A stretch of 63,970 nt of DNA, filler included, from Lenisia limosa (Eukaryota > Protista > Breviatea), in NCBI GenBank assembly GCA_001655205.1. It is 6 parts of 6 records of this genome, joined end to end, with 100 filler letters (N's around TTAATTAATTAA, not from the genome) between each part and the next. Parts side by side here need not be neighbours in the genome. Positions count along the whole stretch, not along the records: positions 49,284 to 62,844 come from LPNZ01000650.1; positions 62,945 to 63,970 come from LPNZ01002321.1; 4 more parts are not named here. The stretch is one strand, 5' to 3'. Positions 52,301 through 63,970 of the stretch are shown piece after piece. The notes beneath the pieces are model-generated. The model made no database searches, had not been told where the DNA came from, and saw nothing but the letters and a program-made list of their open reading frames with translations. Made by a program: the position numbers and the translations under genes. Position 1 is the stretch's first letter; every line of letters starts with the position of its first letter.

Positions 52301-55057
52301 TGGTCTGTGAGAGACAGGGTCATCCTTCGATAACCTGGTAGGAGGTGGTAAACGGAATTACACCAACAAAATACAAAGTAAAGTGTTCAAAGATGTGAAG
52401 AATCACAAAGCAACGTGCAGTCCTATTTGCAACTCTCACCAAAAGTGATTCCAGTCATGCAAAGGAAGAGGATCGGCTGCCAATTACCGGACTCGCGGAA
52501 ATACGTAATGTACAGTGAGAGCATTACCATGAAGACAAAGATGGCCAGCTACAGAGTGAGCAAATGTCATCGTGTAAAAAATAGAATATTTGATAAAACT
52601 CTCGGAAACAAAGGGTAATAATTACAATCGACCACTAACCAAGAAGATTATATATCTCTTGAGAGAGTCGCAGAATGCCTCCGAGTTCTTCTTCATTGTT
52701 TGGACATTGATCAACTTAGCAGCGACAACAACAACAAGTAGACAACCTAAAATGTCATGATGGATGTTTCGTTAAAAATGGTATAGCGCATCCCCCCCCC
52801 CCCACAGAAAACTGAACTAAGTCCAAGAAGATCGAACGGGGCAACTTGGTGGAGAATGGGAAGAAGATAGAGGACCTGTAATCTGAGCCAAAAGGGGACG
52901 AAGTCGTTGAAATTAATAAAAAAAGTTCATCAACATACCTCAAGTCCAATAATACTGAGTAGTGTGGGTAAATGGGGTTTGAAAGGGTTTTGTAAGTTGA
53001 TAACCCCATGGAACGTGACAATAAGCAAATAGCCGAAGATGCCCATGATTAAAGGGTTAACTAAAACAATTAGATGACTGATAAAAAATATTTCAACCTA
53101 ATATGAAGCTTAAAAGACACAATTCCTACCAAAGAAGATAAACAGCGCATTGTGAGCAATTCCAGATCCGCATGCGTCCTCAGTTCGCACCAGTGAGAAA
53201 AACGCAACAAGGAAGATGAATGGTCCTATCGAGGTTAACAGCCACGTAATCAAAACAATTCTCCAACATTCCATGAAGTTATTTTCGAAGACTCACTGAT
53301 TGAACAGGAGTGACTACTTAGGAAACTATACAACCACAACCATCATCCAAAAACCCAGCTAAATGTCACTTGAGATAGTAATACAAAAGGTAGACAGAAC
53401 TGTCCCCACCAAAAAGACTGAGTAGCCACACTCTCCATGACACGAGGTGCACGTGACACGCTGCCCTCCACCCTGTGAGAGTCCCGTCCACTGGAGGTGT
53501 GCGTAGAACTGACATTCCAGGCTGATGGGTGATGACATGATGAATTGAATTCATAAGAATAATTATTCAAGTTGAGTTCTGGGATTTATAAATATTCACT
53601 TTGAAACTTCAAAGATTAGAATCGACTTTTCAACTGAAAGTTGGATGTAGAAGCATCAACAACTGCAATAATTATCCAGCTACCCACTGATAAAAAATTC
53701 GACTTCTTCATTTCCACAGCTGAGGAACTTAAGGAGTGTTTCAGAATCGGTTTTTTTGATGGATCTGAGAAGTTAACCAAGTGATTACACAAAACGACAA
53801 ATCTGCCCCAACAAACTTGAAAGATCCGTTGTAGCACGCTGCATTCCCTGCAAGAAATAAGAGAGAGAAAAAACCAAACTGTCATTGAAGACTTGAAAAC
53901 CACTCAAGGTAACAACAATCCCCTACTCTTGGGTTGAACTGCTCGGAATTTGAAAGAAATCGCCTGTGAAGTTAATAGTGAAACCTTGAACAACGTAGAA
54001 AAAATCTAAACATCATAAAAACTACAAATACTATAAAATATTCTCTTGGTATAACTGCTGAATAAGCGAACACCATACCCACCGAGAGCCTTTAGTATGG
54101 CTGTCTACACCAGGTGAAGGGATGCCAAGAACAACATGACTGCTGCTGGTACGGGCTAGCTGATGCACAGCGTAGATAGCTGGATGCGGCGGGTTGAGCG
54201 TGGACCCGTGAGTAGCTCGGCCGGAAACCCTGGGGAGTGACGAACCAGCTTCATAACGAAACAAACGAAACAAAAATGAAAAAAACATTCCCTTCAAAGG
54301 GTGTTCGTTTAATCAGTCTCACAACAAAAATGACCACCTCCATTCCCACGTTGACTCAAACGACACCCTAGATGTGTTTGACGCCCGTGACACCTCTGAC
54401 TCAGCACGTGACCGCGCTGGCTTCAATGAACTGCTATTAGGTAAGTATGTACGTTGGTCGATGCAAGACATCTACAGCATTCGTAAATTAAACTTTTCTC
54501 GTTGACCCAAAAGCATCAATGAAACTAATGAATGCGGGGAGTCTTCCTGTACACAATAGAAGACGCAATAGAACCCACCTGCTTGGCAATAGGCCTTCTG
54601 AGGAAAGGGGCTCGGGAAGCAGATCTAAGGCCTGACGAGGAGTACCTCCTTTGGGTTGCGGAGTGACAATGCTGCGTTCCTCAGGAGCATTGCTCTCTGA
54701 AACTGTTCTTCTCTCGGTCTCTGAGGGCACTAAAGGGAGTGACGGAACATCAACATATCTGGAAAGACGAAGATCAAGAAAAAAAATGCCACCTAGGGAG
54801 AAAAGCAGCTCTATACCTCACATCAATTAAACCAATTATAAAAACAAGGTTAATGATAGCTTAGAAGGGAGGCTGTGGCAAACAGAGAAAGACATACCTT
54901 CCGAAACTACAACAGAAACATCGTGCTCTTCTAATTGAATGCTATCAACATCAGTAGGTTCGCTATCACTTTCAACCACAACAAAGTCGATTGAATCGTC
55001 TAAGATATCATCTTTTGGATGAATAATGGGCTTCTTGCCCTCATTATCTTCAGACAT
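49380..55057 (-). CDS. Large polytopic membrane protein with disordered acidic/Ser-rich N-terminus (family unassigned; 3' end uncertain)
   Basis: Start MSEDNEGKKPIIHP; many hydrophobic exons (WRIVLITWLLTSIGPFIFLVAFFSLV; IMGIFGYLLIVTFHGVI; LAIFVFMVMLSLYITYF; FLIIGFSNFLVNVAHLLFL; MLYALVNLLFVIASGYVGI) separated by GT-AG introns. Confidence 0.6.
51612..51730 (+). repeat. Dispersed repeat family B (about 120 bp, GGC-TTCG-GCC hairpin)
   Basis: GCACGGAGTTG..GGCAAATGACTGGGTGAATT...GTGGACGGCTTCGGCCAGATACAACCTT...TTGCTC; reverse-complement copies at 16840-16953, 63249-63347 and 62965-63016. Confidence 0.8.
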
Positions 55058-55396
55058 TCCTACTTAAAAAATATATTTAAGTCAAAGTATGCATAACAAG
55101 GGGGAAATATGATTTTGAAAGTCTTGAGCTGGTTTTACAAAATTTGGGAAATTGGCCGAATTTTTATCCGGTCTTCACCAACCAGAGTTCCAAATAGGGT
55201 AACTTTGAATTCCCCTTTTTCTTCGCGAATTATCCGAATTATGGGTTAGAGTTGAAGAAATTTAACTCATTTTGAGAGGTTTAAAGAAAGCTGGTGTCAT
55301 TTTAGCCCCTCACAGTTCACATTCCAATCCAATTCACCAATCATATTACACATTCGCATACCAAACTAGAGATACGCCTCCAAGGGTGAATCTACA

Positions 55397-58300
55397 ATGC
55401 TTCCTTGGCTGCTTGTACTGCTACAGCTTCTAGTCTTTGTTAATGGTTGGGTATTCATCATTCAATATGGTGTCATTTCTTGATGTGAGGGTTACTTTTC
55501 AATTGTAATCCTGTTGTTCTTACGGCATCAGAGGACTCTCAATATGTTGATTTGACCCATATAGGGCAACTTCTTTTATCAGGCTTGTTTCATCATGTCG
55601 ACTTTGCGTGAGTTGGGGGTTTACAGATAACTCCACAATATTGTGTCTGTGTTTCCTTTACAGCAGTTGTGATTGTGGATAATGGCTTCAGATACTTTTC
55701 GGTTACAGGAGGGCCAAATCTTGTTCCCTTGGAGTTCGTACATGATTACATCGCTATCAAGTCTTCGGATCCGACTCCTCCTCCAAAAGTTCCCCACCAC
55801 CATGCAATTCGAAGGAGTAATGGTTTGCAATAATTCCATACTTGAGCTTCCCCATTTAAAAATCCTCTTGGAGTTATTGGGGGAACATAAAGTTAATAAC
55901 CAAAAGCAATGCTAATTTTCCAGGAAGAGTAGGTACTGTTGTAAACATCAATTTCAAAGATTTTTGTCGAGTTGATTGCAAGGCAATTTCACAAAGGTAA
56001 GCAAATAATAACTTTTCGATTTCCATTCTGATACTTTAGCACATTACCTTCATACACGGCGTCCACTGCTGATAAGCTTGATTGTAAGATCCGGGTTTAC
56101 TTTAGGAATTTGATAATCAGTCACACACTAAGACTACGCACATTTATTAATGACCGATGCTGCGGATCTGTCACCGATTTCCGCTGTAAACCACTTGGAG
56201 CTTCCTCCGTTTCCCGTAGCTACTACTAAAAGGCTCACAACAGTATGGAATGACAATGCATTTCCATACTGTCATTTGCGTCACCGCCCTCCCCCCCCCC
56301 CCAGTTTGCAATGGCGTGGGTCACTGCAGGGGAGTACACTACACATGAGCCCAGAGTTTGGGGCTACCTGTGGCCCCAATCTAAGACTACAATTGGTATG
56401 TACGTGCAACATAACTGGATCCATGAAAGTAGTTTACCTGACCAGTATTCTTACATTTTTTAGGCAGAGTAACGGATTTGGACATGGATCGCATCTTGGG
56501 CTGTATTGAAGCTTCAGGTCCTGAATATTGTCTTCCTAATGGTATGGGTTCACATTGAATTGAAATTGGATTCTGTGTGGCTATTTTGCTTATTGCCATC
56601 CCAAGGTTACGACAACTATGAATCGCCTAAAGTCCAGGTCAATGTGATTGAAGCTGCTGTTTTGAATAAGTGAGGAATATTTGTTGACTCTTTTTGTTTT
56701 CTTACTTCCAAATCGTAAAAAATTCACATTTAAGAGGATACTCCAAGTTTTACGGGTACGGTAGGGAAAAGCGAGATACAAACCCAGAGGTATGTTTATT
56801 GGTAACTGTACTTCCCTCTCATTTTTCGAAATCTATAAATCTCTGTGTCCTAACGCTCTAGACTGTTGTCAATGTTATTATCGATAACCACTGTACGTGC
56901 CAGAAAGGCAAACTTGGACATGACTGTAATGTCGCCGAAGCCAAAGAGCTTCTCTGGGAGGGATTTACAGTTAGTTGATACGAAAGTTGAATTAACATTT
57001 CAGTTGTATGGATGTGATGACACTGTTTCTGATGGGGACAAATGTATTATCAAATGCTCTCCAGGGTTCTTCCCTGTCACAAAACCCGGCTTTACAAAGG
57101 TATGTCTATGGATATTATATTTATATGGGCTGAAGCTGTAATTATATTTTGTATTACATGTGTAGATTAAATGTGAAGATGGGGAATTTAGCAACTTTCC
57201 CCCTTCAGACTTCATATGCGACTGCTGTGGTGCGCTGTGTAGGACATGTTCAGGCTACAAGCACAAGTGTACATCATGCGTTAATAACCGAATTCTTCTC
57301 AATGACGGAAGATGCACACGCAAGGCCCCTCAATGTGAAGAAGACTGTATTGCATTACATCGTTCAAGTTGTGTCAATGAAGGTGGCAGCTGTGGCTTCT
57401 GTATGGACGGTTACTTTGATGTAGGTTGATAATTTCCATTTTCTTATTCCTAGTTCCTTGGCGACTGCATGGCTACATCATCAATGCAAAAGAAATTTCA
57501 CGTGAAGAAAGATGACTTTTTAATAAACACGAGCGTATCAAATTGTTTGTCAGGGATTCTGAAGGCAACTTTTAGCTCACAAACAATTAACAAATCTAGT
57601 TCAAATGACACTCTCTGGTAAATTCAAGCAGAGTGACAACTCCACAGACCAAGTTACAGTGGACTTCCTTGCAATGGATGAAACCGGGCAGATTTTCGGA
57701 AGAGTAAGAGTCTGTTCTTCGCTAATAGTGTAGTCAAAGCACGGGGAAATGGGAAACCCGTGGGGTGATGTCAAATTGGACAGTAGGATTTACATTACAA
57801 TGTTTCACACTGTAGAACTCTACTTCACTGGTGTGTCATTCATTCTGGAAACCGACGGGAAGAACAGAACATTTGAGGAGGTTTGTGGTTAAAGCTGACC
57901 GATTTGTTAGTTTCATTTCCTGACCAATGCAGTGTGTTGATGTTGAAATTCCTTTGACATCGCTTGAATTCATGAGAGAGCTTGAGCTTGACCCAGAATC
58001 AGCATTACTATTGTACTATAACCCCAAACACCTGCAATGGACATTGTATGTTCTTCAATTTAGTTCGTGTAAAAAACTATAATTTTTCCATCATTTTTGA
58101 TAGCAAGGCATAACTTCTTTCTCATCTGTCTTCTTACAGTTTTTACCTTCCTAGGGCGGATGAATCTTGTGAAGGAAGGAACGCAAAATGGACTGAAGAT
58201 GCTCTCATTGTTCCCCTTGGACACTTCTCTCAATATGGTATTTTTGCTGGTGCTTTGTCAAAAGAAGAAGAAAAAGAAGACCCACACTCACTCTTAGACA

Positions 58301-58553
58301 AGTATTTAAAGGTAGGGCTGTATATTTGATAGAAAATGAAAAGCAGCGATATTTCCCATTCAAGATGATCACATTATCCTCAGTACATTATTGCCGGATT
58401 GGCAGGAGTGATTCTCGTTCTCTTAGTTTGCTGCTGTTGCTGCTGCAAGAAAAGCAAAAATGTAAGCATGACCTCATTACACTATCTGATATAACTATTT
58501 AGAGCCGGAGAAAGAGACCTGTTGACGACTTGGACATGGATATGGTCTGCTGA
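55397..58553 (+). CDS. Type I cell-surface protein: signal peptide, EGF-like, CCP/sushi-like and furin-like Cys-rich repeats, TM helix, poly-Cys tail
   Basis: MLPWLLVLLQLLVFVN; CTCQKGKLGHDC; CIIKCSPGFFPV...IKCEDGEFSNFPP; CGALCRTCSGYKHKCTSCVNNRILLNDGRC; TM YIIAGLAGVILVLLVCCCCCCKK; ends DMDMVC*. Confidence 0.75.
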
Positions 58554-58629
58554 AATACACGTATAAGAAAAGCAGATGATTTTGGTAGCAAAATAATCGT
58601 CCAAACTTGTGAATTATTTATCATCTGTC

Positions 58630-61600
58630 AATTCTTAACCATACAAGAGTGACACTCATGGATATAGGTTGACGCTGATAGTGCAGCTGTAATCTCACAA
58701 GGTAGGTGTTCCAGAAACAGTAAAATAGCTGTGTTTATTATTTTTAGCATTTTCCTGCAATTAATAAATCACAAAAACAATAAATGTCCAGACCCAAACC
58801 TTTCGGCAGTAATCATTGGATCGCCGGCTGGTACCCCCATGTCCTCTTTGAAAATCAGGATGACTCCGCAATCTCGAGGATACGGTAGACTTTGGTGAAA
58901 GCTGTCTATTTACTCTAAGCCTTATAAAACAGTGTTGACAACTTTTGTCCAATTCCCATATAATAGCGTTTCTTTCATTTGACGTGCTAAGTTCGTACCC
59001 CGCAATTGAGAGAGTCTGATTTCCCAATGTCACCATTGTCGCCACTTATGCAGTACCAAGACCCTGAAGATGTGGGCAACAAAACATTTGTCACAATAAA
59101 TAATAATAACACTAACACAAAGACATTATTTGCACTTCCTTGGGATTGATTTTATTCTGATGACTCTTTAGGAGATTGAAGACTACAATCTCTAGGTGTG
59201 TTACAGACGGACGTTATAATGAAACTACCAAGACCCAGAGTAGCCAGTTTGTGTTCCATATATAATTCCATCATACTGTTTCAACTTGGGAAGGCCTGTT
59301 TTACCATTTCAAAGTTCTCCAAAATGCTATCAAAGGGGGGTATTCGGTTCCATGAACCCTGAAAATGTAAAACTTGGCAAGTAACTCAGGCCATACTGAT
59401 TTTGAAAAGGCGGCCATTGTAGACGTTGAAAAGAGCAGAGATTTGATCAACTTCTTCGTGCTTTTCACCCAAAACTGAGCTTGACAGAGAGACTCCTTCT
59501 GATTCTTGGAGGCGCCTAAATAGTAAACAGAGGAGTCTCTGTTACATCAAGTGTTAGTAATATAAACTTGAGCTGAGATAATATCCCAATTACCAAGTAA
59601 CATTTGGAGCGACGAAAGGAGAAATTCAACAGTCAGTGCTAGAGTGGCAATGTTCTCTCTAATGTAACAGCTATCCAACTCCTTGAGAATAAGAGATGGA
59701 AATGAGAAGCTGTACAGCATACAATACCATGGCACCCATCCCACAGTGTACTGCCGCTGTGCCCGTGATGAGGAGGACGACGATACAGCCATGTACTTTT
59801 GTGAATGGAAATAAATAGCAGTTGACCCCCCGGAACATATCTGAAACAGTCAAAAGTGTTTAATTGTTTATGAAATAGTTAAAACACATACTCTCGCTAT
59901 CACACTGAGCTGCTGGTTACACTGCCCTGGAACAATAACCGAACAATCGGGGTGTCGACCTGAGTTTGCTTCAAGGTCATTTCCACACAATCTGGACCAC
60001 TTATTCAGCTCATGGAGGAACTATTGAGGATTATTTGCCTTCATATATAGGAATAAGTTGAAAAAATTAAACAATCAAGCCTACAGAAGAATAAGCCATT
60101 TCAGCCTGGTAGTATGCGCTGAAAGGCATATCATTGCTGAGCCCTCGGTATGGCAAATTGCCTGCATTGAGAACTTCCAAAATCCAGAGAATTATCTATA
60201 AAGTATGACTTGATTAACCGTAACTGAAGCGAAAAAAGAAGAATACTTCAACTTAATAACAAAAGAGGTATGATAAAGCAGTTTCAATCCCTACCAGTAC
60301 GGCTTCCTCGGAAGGGTATCCTTCGGCATGTGCTAGTCTATCCCTCAATCGAGGGCCAAATGGCGACTGTAGTACACCTCTACTTCGTGTAAACACCATC
60401 ACAAATGCAAAACGGGTAAGAAGACATTCCAAACCACAGTAATTTTACCTGGGTAGAGACACTCACCTTAGTAATTGAAACAAAGCAGGACCGAAATGTT
60501 CAATAAGCCCATTATCTCGATCTAAACCATCAGAAATTCACGGGTGAGAGCTACCAATCAATTCACTTAGAAAACAATCTCAATCATTCACACTTCTTTT
60601 GAACCAGCGTACTATTCACGATAGGGACCACAAAATCCTGCAAAGTTGTGTAGAACTCCATTGATGATGCCTTGAAGGGGTATCACTCAAATGATCGGGT
60701 ATGAAGAGAAATGAGAAAAGGTACATACCAGAACCAATCGCTTATCAAGGCAGTTCGTCTCGACATACAGTCGCCTGGTTATCCGTTCAATTGATGCCAA
60801 ACCTATGTAGCAGTAATTACCAATGACCAATAAATGGTATTGCTGTTAAAATTAACGAAGACATACTGAATGGGCTTATATTACACACTACTATTAAAAA
60901 ATTGATCTCCAACTTAACATATTTAGAGAATACTCATAAAATACTACATCATACTGTATTATATAATATTGTGTTGCCCTACCCAAAAGACAACTTGAAA
61001 ATGGAAAGGATGATGTAATATCAGAAGGCTTTTGAACACATTCGGAAACTGCTTTTTTCTGGGATGCAACAAACGTTGAAAAGATTACATCCACTTCTCC
61101 AGCAGTCATAAGGCTGAAAGTGTGAGCTGAATAAATATTACTTAAAATATAATAAATAATCATTTCCTCATTGTGAAAACCCACGTTTTGTCAATTATTG
61201 GCGTTGGTATGGCCAAAGCTGCCTGAGGTAGGATCTTAATAGAAGACATTTTGTCGATAACCTAATGGTCAACAGAAGAACCATGCCCAAACATTATCTT
61301 TATTGAATAATGATGACATAATAGTCCAGAGGACTGCAAGGAGAGATGGAGGGACGGTTTCAGCAAAACCATGTAGGAGAATGTTCCGAACCTGATGGGT
61401 GAGACAAAAAGCAAAGCCTTAATCTTACTCACATTAAGCCCTGAAGGAGGACCCATCACAGCCGCCAAAAACCGGACCTAGGGATATTAATACTTAGCAA
61501 TATTGTCCCTTTCGCATGCTCCTGCCAGATAGTCGTATATTGCCTCATATCATCCGACTCATTACGTAGGTATTTGCCGTAATGGGTCAATTCGCCTACA

Positions 61601-62650
61601 AATTGTTGGCCAAGAAGCAACTGTATTTCACTCGACTGAAGGGTGTCTCTCATAACCCGCCCGGATTGGGTTGTTACTTTTGGACTGCGTTGTAAATACC
61701 GCATCTAAGATGGTATAATATTATTCTCAACATCATCTCACCTGTGAATGTTTTTGGCACTTTGGGCAAGATCTGTTAATTAGATTTGATTTGTAATACC
61801 GGAAAGCCTACGACTAAGAAGTCGGTCAATAACCACGGTTACCATCGCAGCTGCTCTAAACTCCAAGAACTCTACCTCTATTTAATATAAAACGGTTAAT
61901 GATAAATAATGCCGATTTACAATAACACTCACTCTTATCTTCACTACAATCACTTCCGTATTGAATCAAAAGGAGCTGCCAAGCTTCGGGGATAATGGGC
62001 TGAAATATAACACAAATAGAAATCTGGATAAAAGGTGGCATTTTACCATATGACATGACATAATGAAAAACAAAACCCAAAGAGCATACAAGGGAGGATG
62101 AAAGGCTGAGGAGAGGTTCTGGCTTCCATCCTTCTAGGGAAATAAAATGGAACAAGAATAAATCAAAACAAAAACAAAAACTCTCAAACAATCTCATTTA
62201 ATGTTGTGATAAACAGTGAAGCACTGAAACGAAACAAACCTTTGATTTTAGACCGAAACTCGGAGTCAAGCTGCTTAGACTGTGATAACACCAAAATGGC
62301 ATTGTGCCTTACACACTCATTGCAGACAACACAATCTGGTATTAGCGTTAAATTGTCGTTGCTAATAAAATAGTGTAGTAACGAAAGCATTTGCTCAAAT
62401 CCTACCTTCATTTCCACAAACAGAAGAAGCAAAAAGTTCTTCATTAACAATCAACTCAGAAAAATCCTAAGGTAGGTGATTAATATATTAGTCACCCAGT
62501 CTCATCACAGGGGTAAATAAACATGTGATATTGATAACCCAGTCCCATCCACCCACTTCATTGCACCAGAAGCGTGGTGAGTCCTGGCAATCTTCAGGAG
62601 TTGCCCACAGAATGGAGAGTTCGGGAGACAAGTCCATGACGCCCTTTAAC
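58630..62650 (-). CDS. Hypothetical multi-exon protein(s), unassigned
   Basis: Many open exon-like blocks with GT/AG edges (GELTHYGKYLRNESDDMRQY; IFQPIIPEAWQLLLIQYG; IILWILEVLNAGNLPYRGL; FLHELNKWSRLCG). Could be more than one gene. Confidence 0.4.
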
Positions 62651-62888
62651 AATCCATTGTGACAACCATGGGGGAGGGGGGTGATGACAAGCTAAAAACT
62701 TCTCCCCACTTCTCCAATGTAGCGGGTGTTTTGTGGAGGGTAGGTTTAAGGGATGACTGAGGTTTGAGGCGTTTAAAATCTGGTTGAAATCCTGGCATGT
62801 GTTAAGGGGGGGGGGCACACCCGGGCCGCCCCCCAATTTTTTTTNNNNNNNNNNNNNNNNNNNNNNNNNNNNNNNNNNNNNNNNNNNN

Positions 62889-62900
62889 TTAATTAATTAA
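62889..62900. other. Artificial contig-joining linker
   Basis: Same spacer. Confidence 0.97.
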
Positions 62901-63069
62901 NNNNNNNNNNNNNNNNNNNNNNNNNNNNNNNNNNNNNNNNNNNNGTCTAGTATATATTATCTATAGCAATGAGAAATAAAAAAAAAATAAGGCTGTATCT
63001 GGCCGAAGCCGTCCACAATCTAGTTATGTATATTATATTACTTGGTATTCCCGATAAACCCGCAATTAC

Positions 63070-63782
63070 CTTGAACAGTGGGGAAGCGGGGATCGGTCCA
63101 GTTCTTGACGCGTTCGTTGTCGACAAACCACTGTAAAAGTAAAGATTGATATTTTATGAAACAAAAAGCCCAAAATCAACTCTATTGGGGAGGTGCGAAA
63201 ATATTAACAATCATGGGGGGAAGGGGGGAAGAGCGGAAGAAAAACAACGCTGTATCTGGTCGAAGCTGTCCACATTACCAAGTGTATTATATGACACTCA
63301 AATAATATATTTCACCCTAGCATTTGCCTTAAAACTCTGTGCTGCTCATAATCATACAACCTTTTTTCAGATTCTTTTCACTTTCTCTTGCCCAGGCAAG
63401 TGGCTGAAGCTCTCGTCAAAAATATAAAATCCTAAAAATCCCTATTATTCCCTTATAAAAATCATTACAGATTGTATGTAGGGCTTCCCTGCGGTCGGAA
63501 AAAGTCCGATTAAATATCAATATTTATCGAGGATTTATCGAGATCTTCGGTCTTTTTTGAGACAGTAGGGAAGCCCTAGTTGTATGTTTTGACGAGAGCT
63601 TCGGTCCTTGCCTCTCCCAAAAAAACAAACCTGCAGGTTGCGCTTGGAGAGAACAGTGTTGACCAAATTGAGACGGGAGAAGTCCCAGATGTTAACAGGG
63701 CGAATGCCAGCCATTTTGATGACCTCGTCGTATTGGGCGTTACGGTCGTGATACTCGGTTGTGCGGAGGGCGTGGGTGACGC
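63070..63782 (-). CDS. EPRS: Cytosolic glutamyl-tRNA synthetase (GluRS/EPRS-type), two internal exons
   Basis: [18 protein letters not shown]...[20 protein letters not shown] (63631-63782) joined to [20 protein letters not shown] (63070-63130). [12 protein letters not shown] is GluRS-type; VLSKR is the KMSKS equivalent. ProRS fusion cannot be assessed here. Confidence 0.92.
63395..63612. mobile_element. Inverted-repeat element enclosing the hAT MITE
   Basis: GGCAAGTGGCTGAAGCTCTCGTCAAAAATA ... TATGTTTTGACGAGAGCTTCGGTCCTTGCC; no clear TSD. Confidence 0.55.
63479..63578. mobile_element. hAT-type MITE (100 bp), same family, in a GluRS intron
   Basis: TAGGGCTTCCCT...AGGGAAGCCCTA; interior aligns with the 21282 copy (TCGAGGATTTAT.GAGA); flanks ATTGTATG/GTTGTATG (7/8 TSD). 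Confidence 0.85.
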
Positions 63783-63816
63783 CTGTGGAGTGAGGGAGGA
63801 TGGGGGAGGGGGATTT

Positions 63817-63970
63817 ATCAAAAAAAAAAAAAAGAGCCCAAATCAATTCTGTTGGCTGACAACACACGCAGGTTGAGAACAACAAAACAAAACCCAGGCC
63901 AGTCGCTTCTACAGCACCGCATCCCAACACTCCAACAAAGCACAGGCCAGTCGCTTCTACAGCACCACAT
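63817..63970 (-). repeat. Intronic repeat family C, copy in a GluRS intron (with internal tandem duplication)
   Basis: AAGAGCCCAAATCAATTCTGTTGGCTGACAACACACGCAGGTTGAGAACAACAAAACAAAACCCAGGCCAGTCGCTTCT aligns with 26955-27037; CAGGCCAGTCGCTTCTACAGCACC occurs twice. Confidence 0.8.

Noticed and set aside
61980-62020. Ionotropic glutamate receptor pre-M1 motif (IFQPIIPEAW)
   Set aside because: Not followed by a hydrophobic M1 helix, and no SYTANL-like motif was found.
63070-63782. Glutaminyl-tRNA synthetase
   Set aside because: [14 protein letters not shown] is the eukaryotic GluRS motif; GlnRS has THSLCTLEF.
1-63970. Non-standard genetic code or non-GT-AG introns
   Set aside because: TAA, TAG and TGA all terminate recognisable genes, and every junction resolved in conserved genes is GT-AG.

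Overview
Draft eukaryotic genomic DNA from an intron-dense, probably flagellated protist with a mitochondrion or related organelle. Standard genetic code (TAA, TAG and TGA all end genes) and GT-AG introns. The window is not contiguous: six segments (1-21994, 22095-26713, 26814-38498, 38598-49183, 49284-62844, 62945-63970) are joined by artificial 100-nt spacers (44 N + TTAATTAATTAA + 44 N), and many internal N gaps sit beside G or C homopolymers. Genes recognised by hand-splicing exons: BMS1 (3' part), a secreted M16/PqqL-like peptidase homologue lacking HxxEH, SDHC, a Dpy-30/RSP2-like protein, gamma-COP (3' part), RRP5 (5' part), a TPR plus methyltransferase-like protein, a USP-family deubiquitinase, CWC22, a polytopic membrane protein, an EGF/CCP/furin-repeat type I surface protein and a fragment of cytosolic glutamyl-tRNA synthetase, plus several hypothetical genes. 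The most striking signal is in the introns: a sense-oriented repeat family shared by introns of unrelated genes and running to the 3' splice site (Introner-like), a ~100-bp hAT-type MITE with 8-bp target-site duplications, and a dispersed repeat with a TTCG hairpin. All exon structures and alignments were done by eye; no database searches were run.
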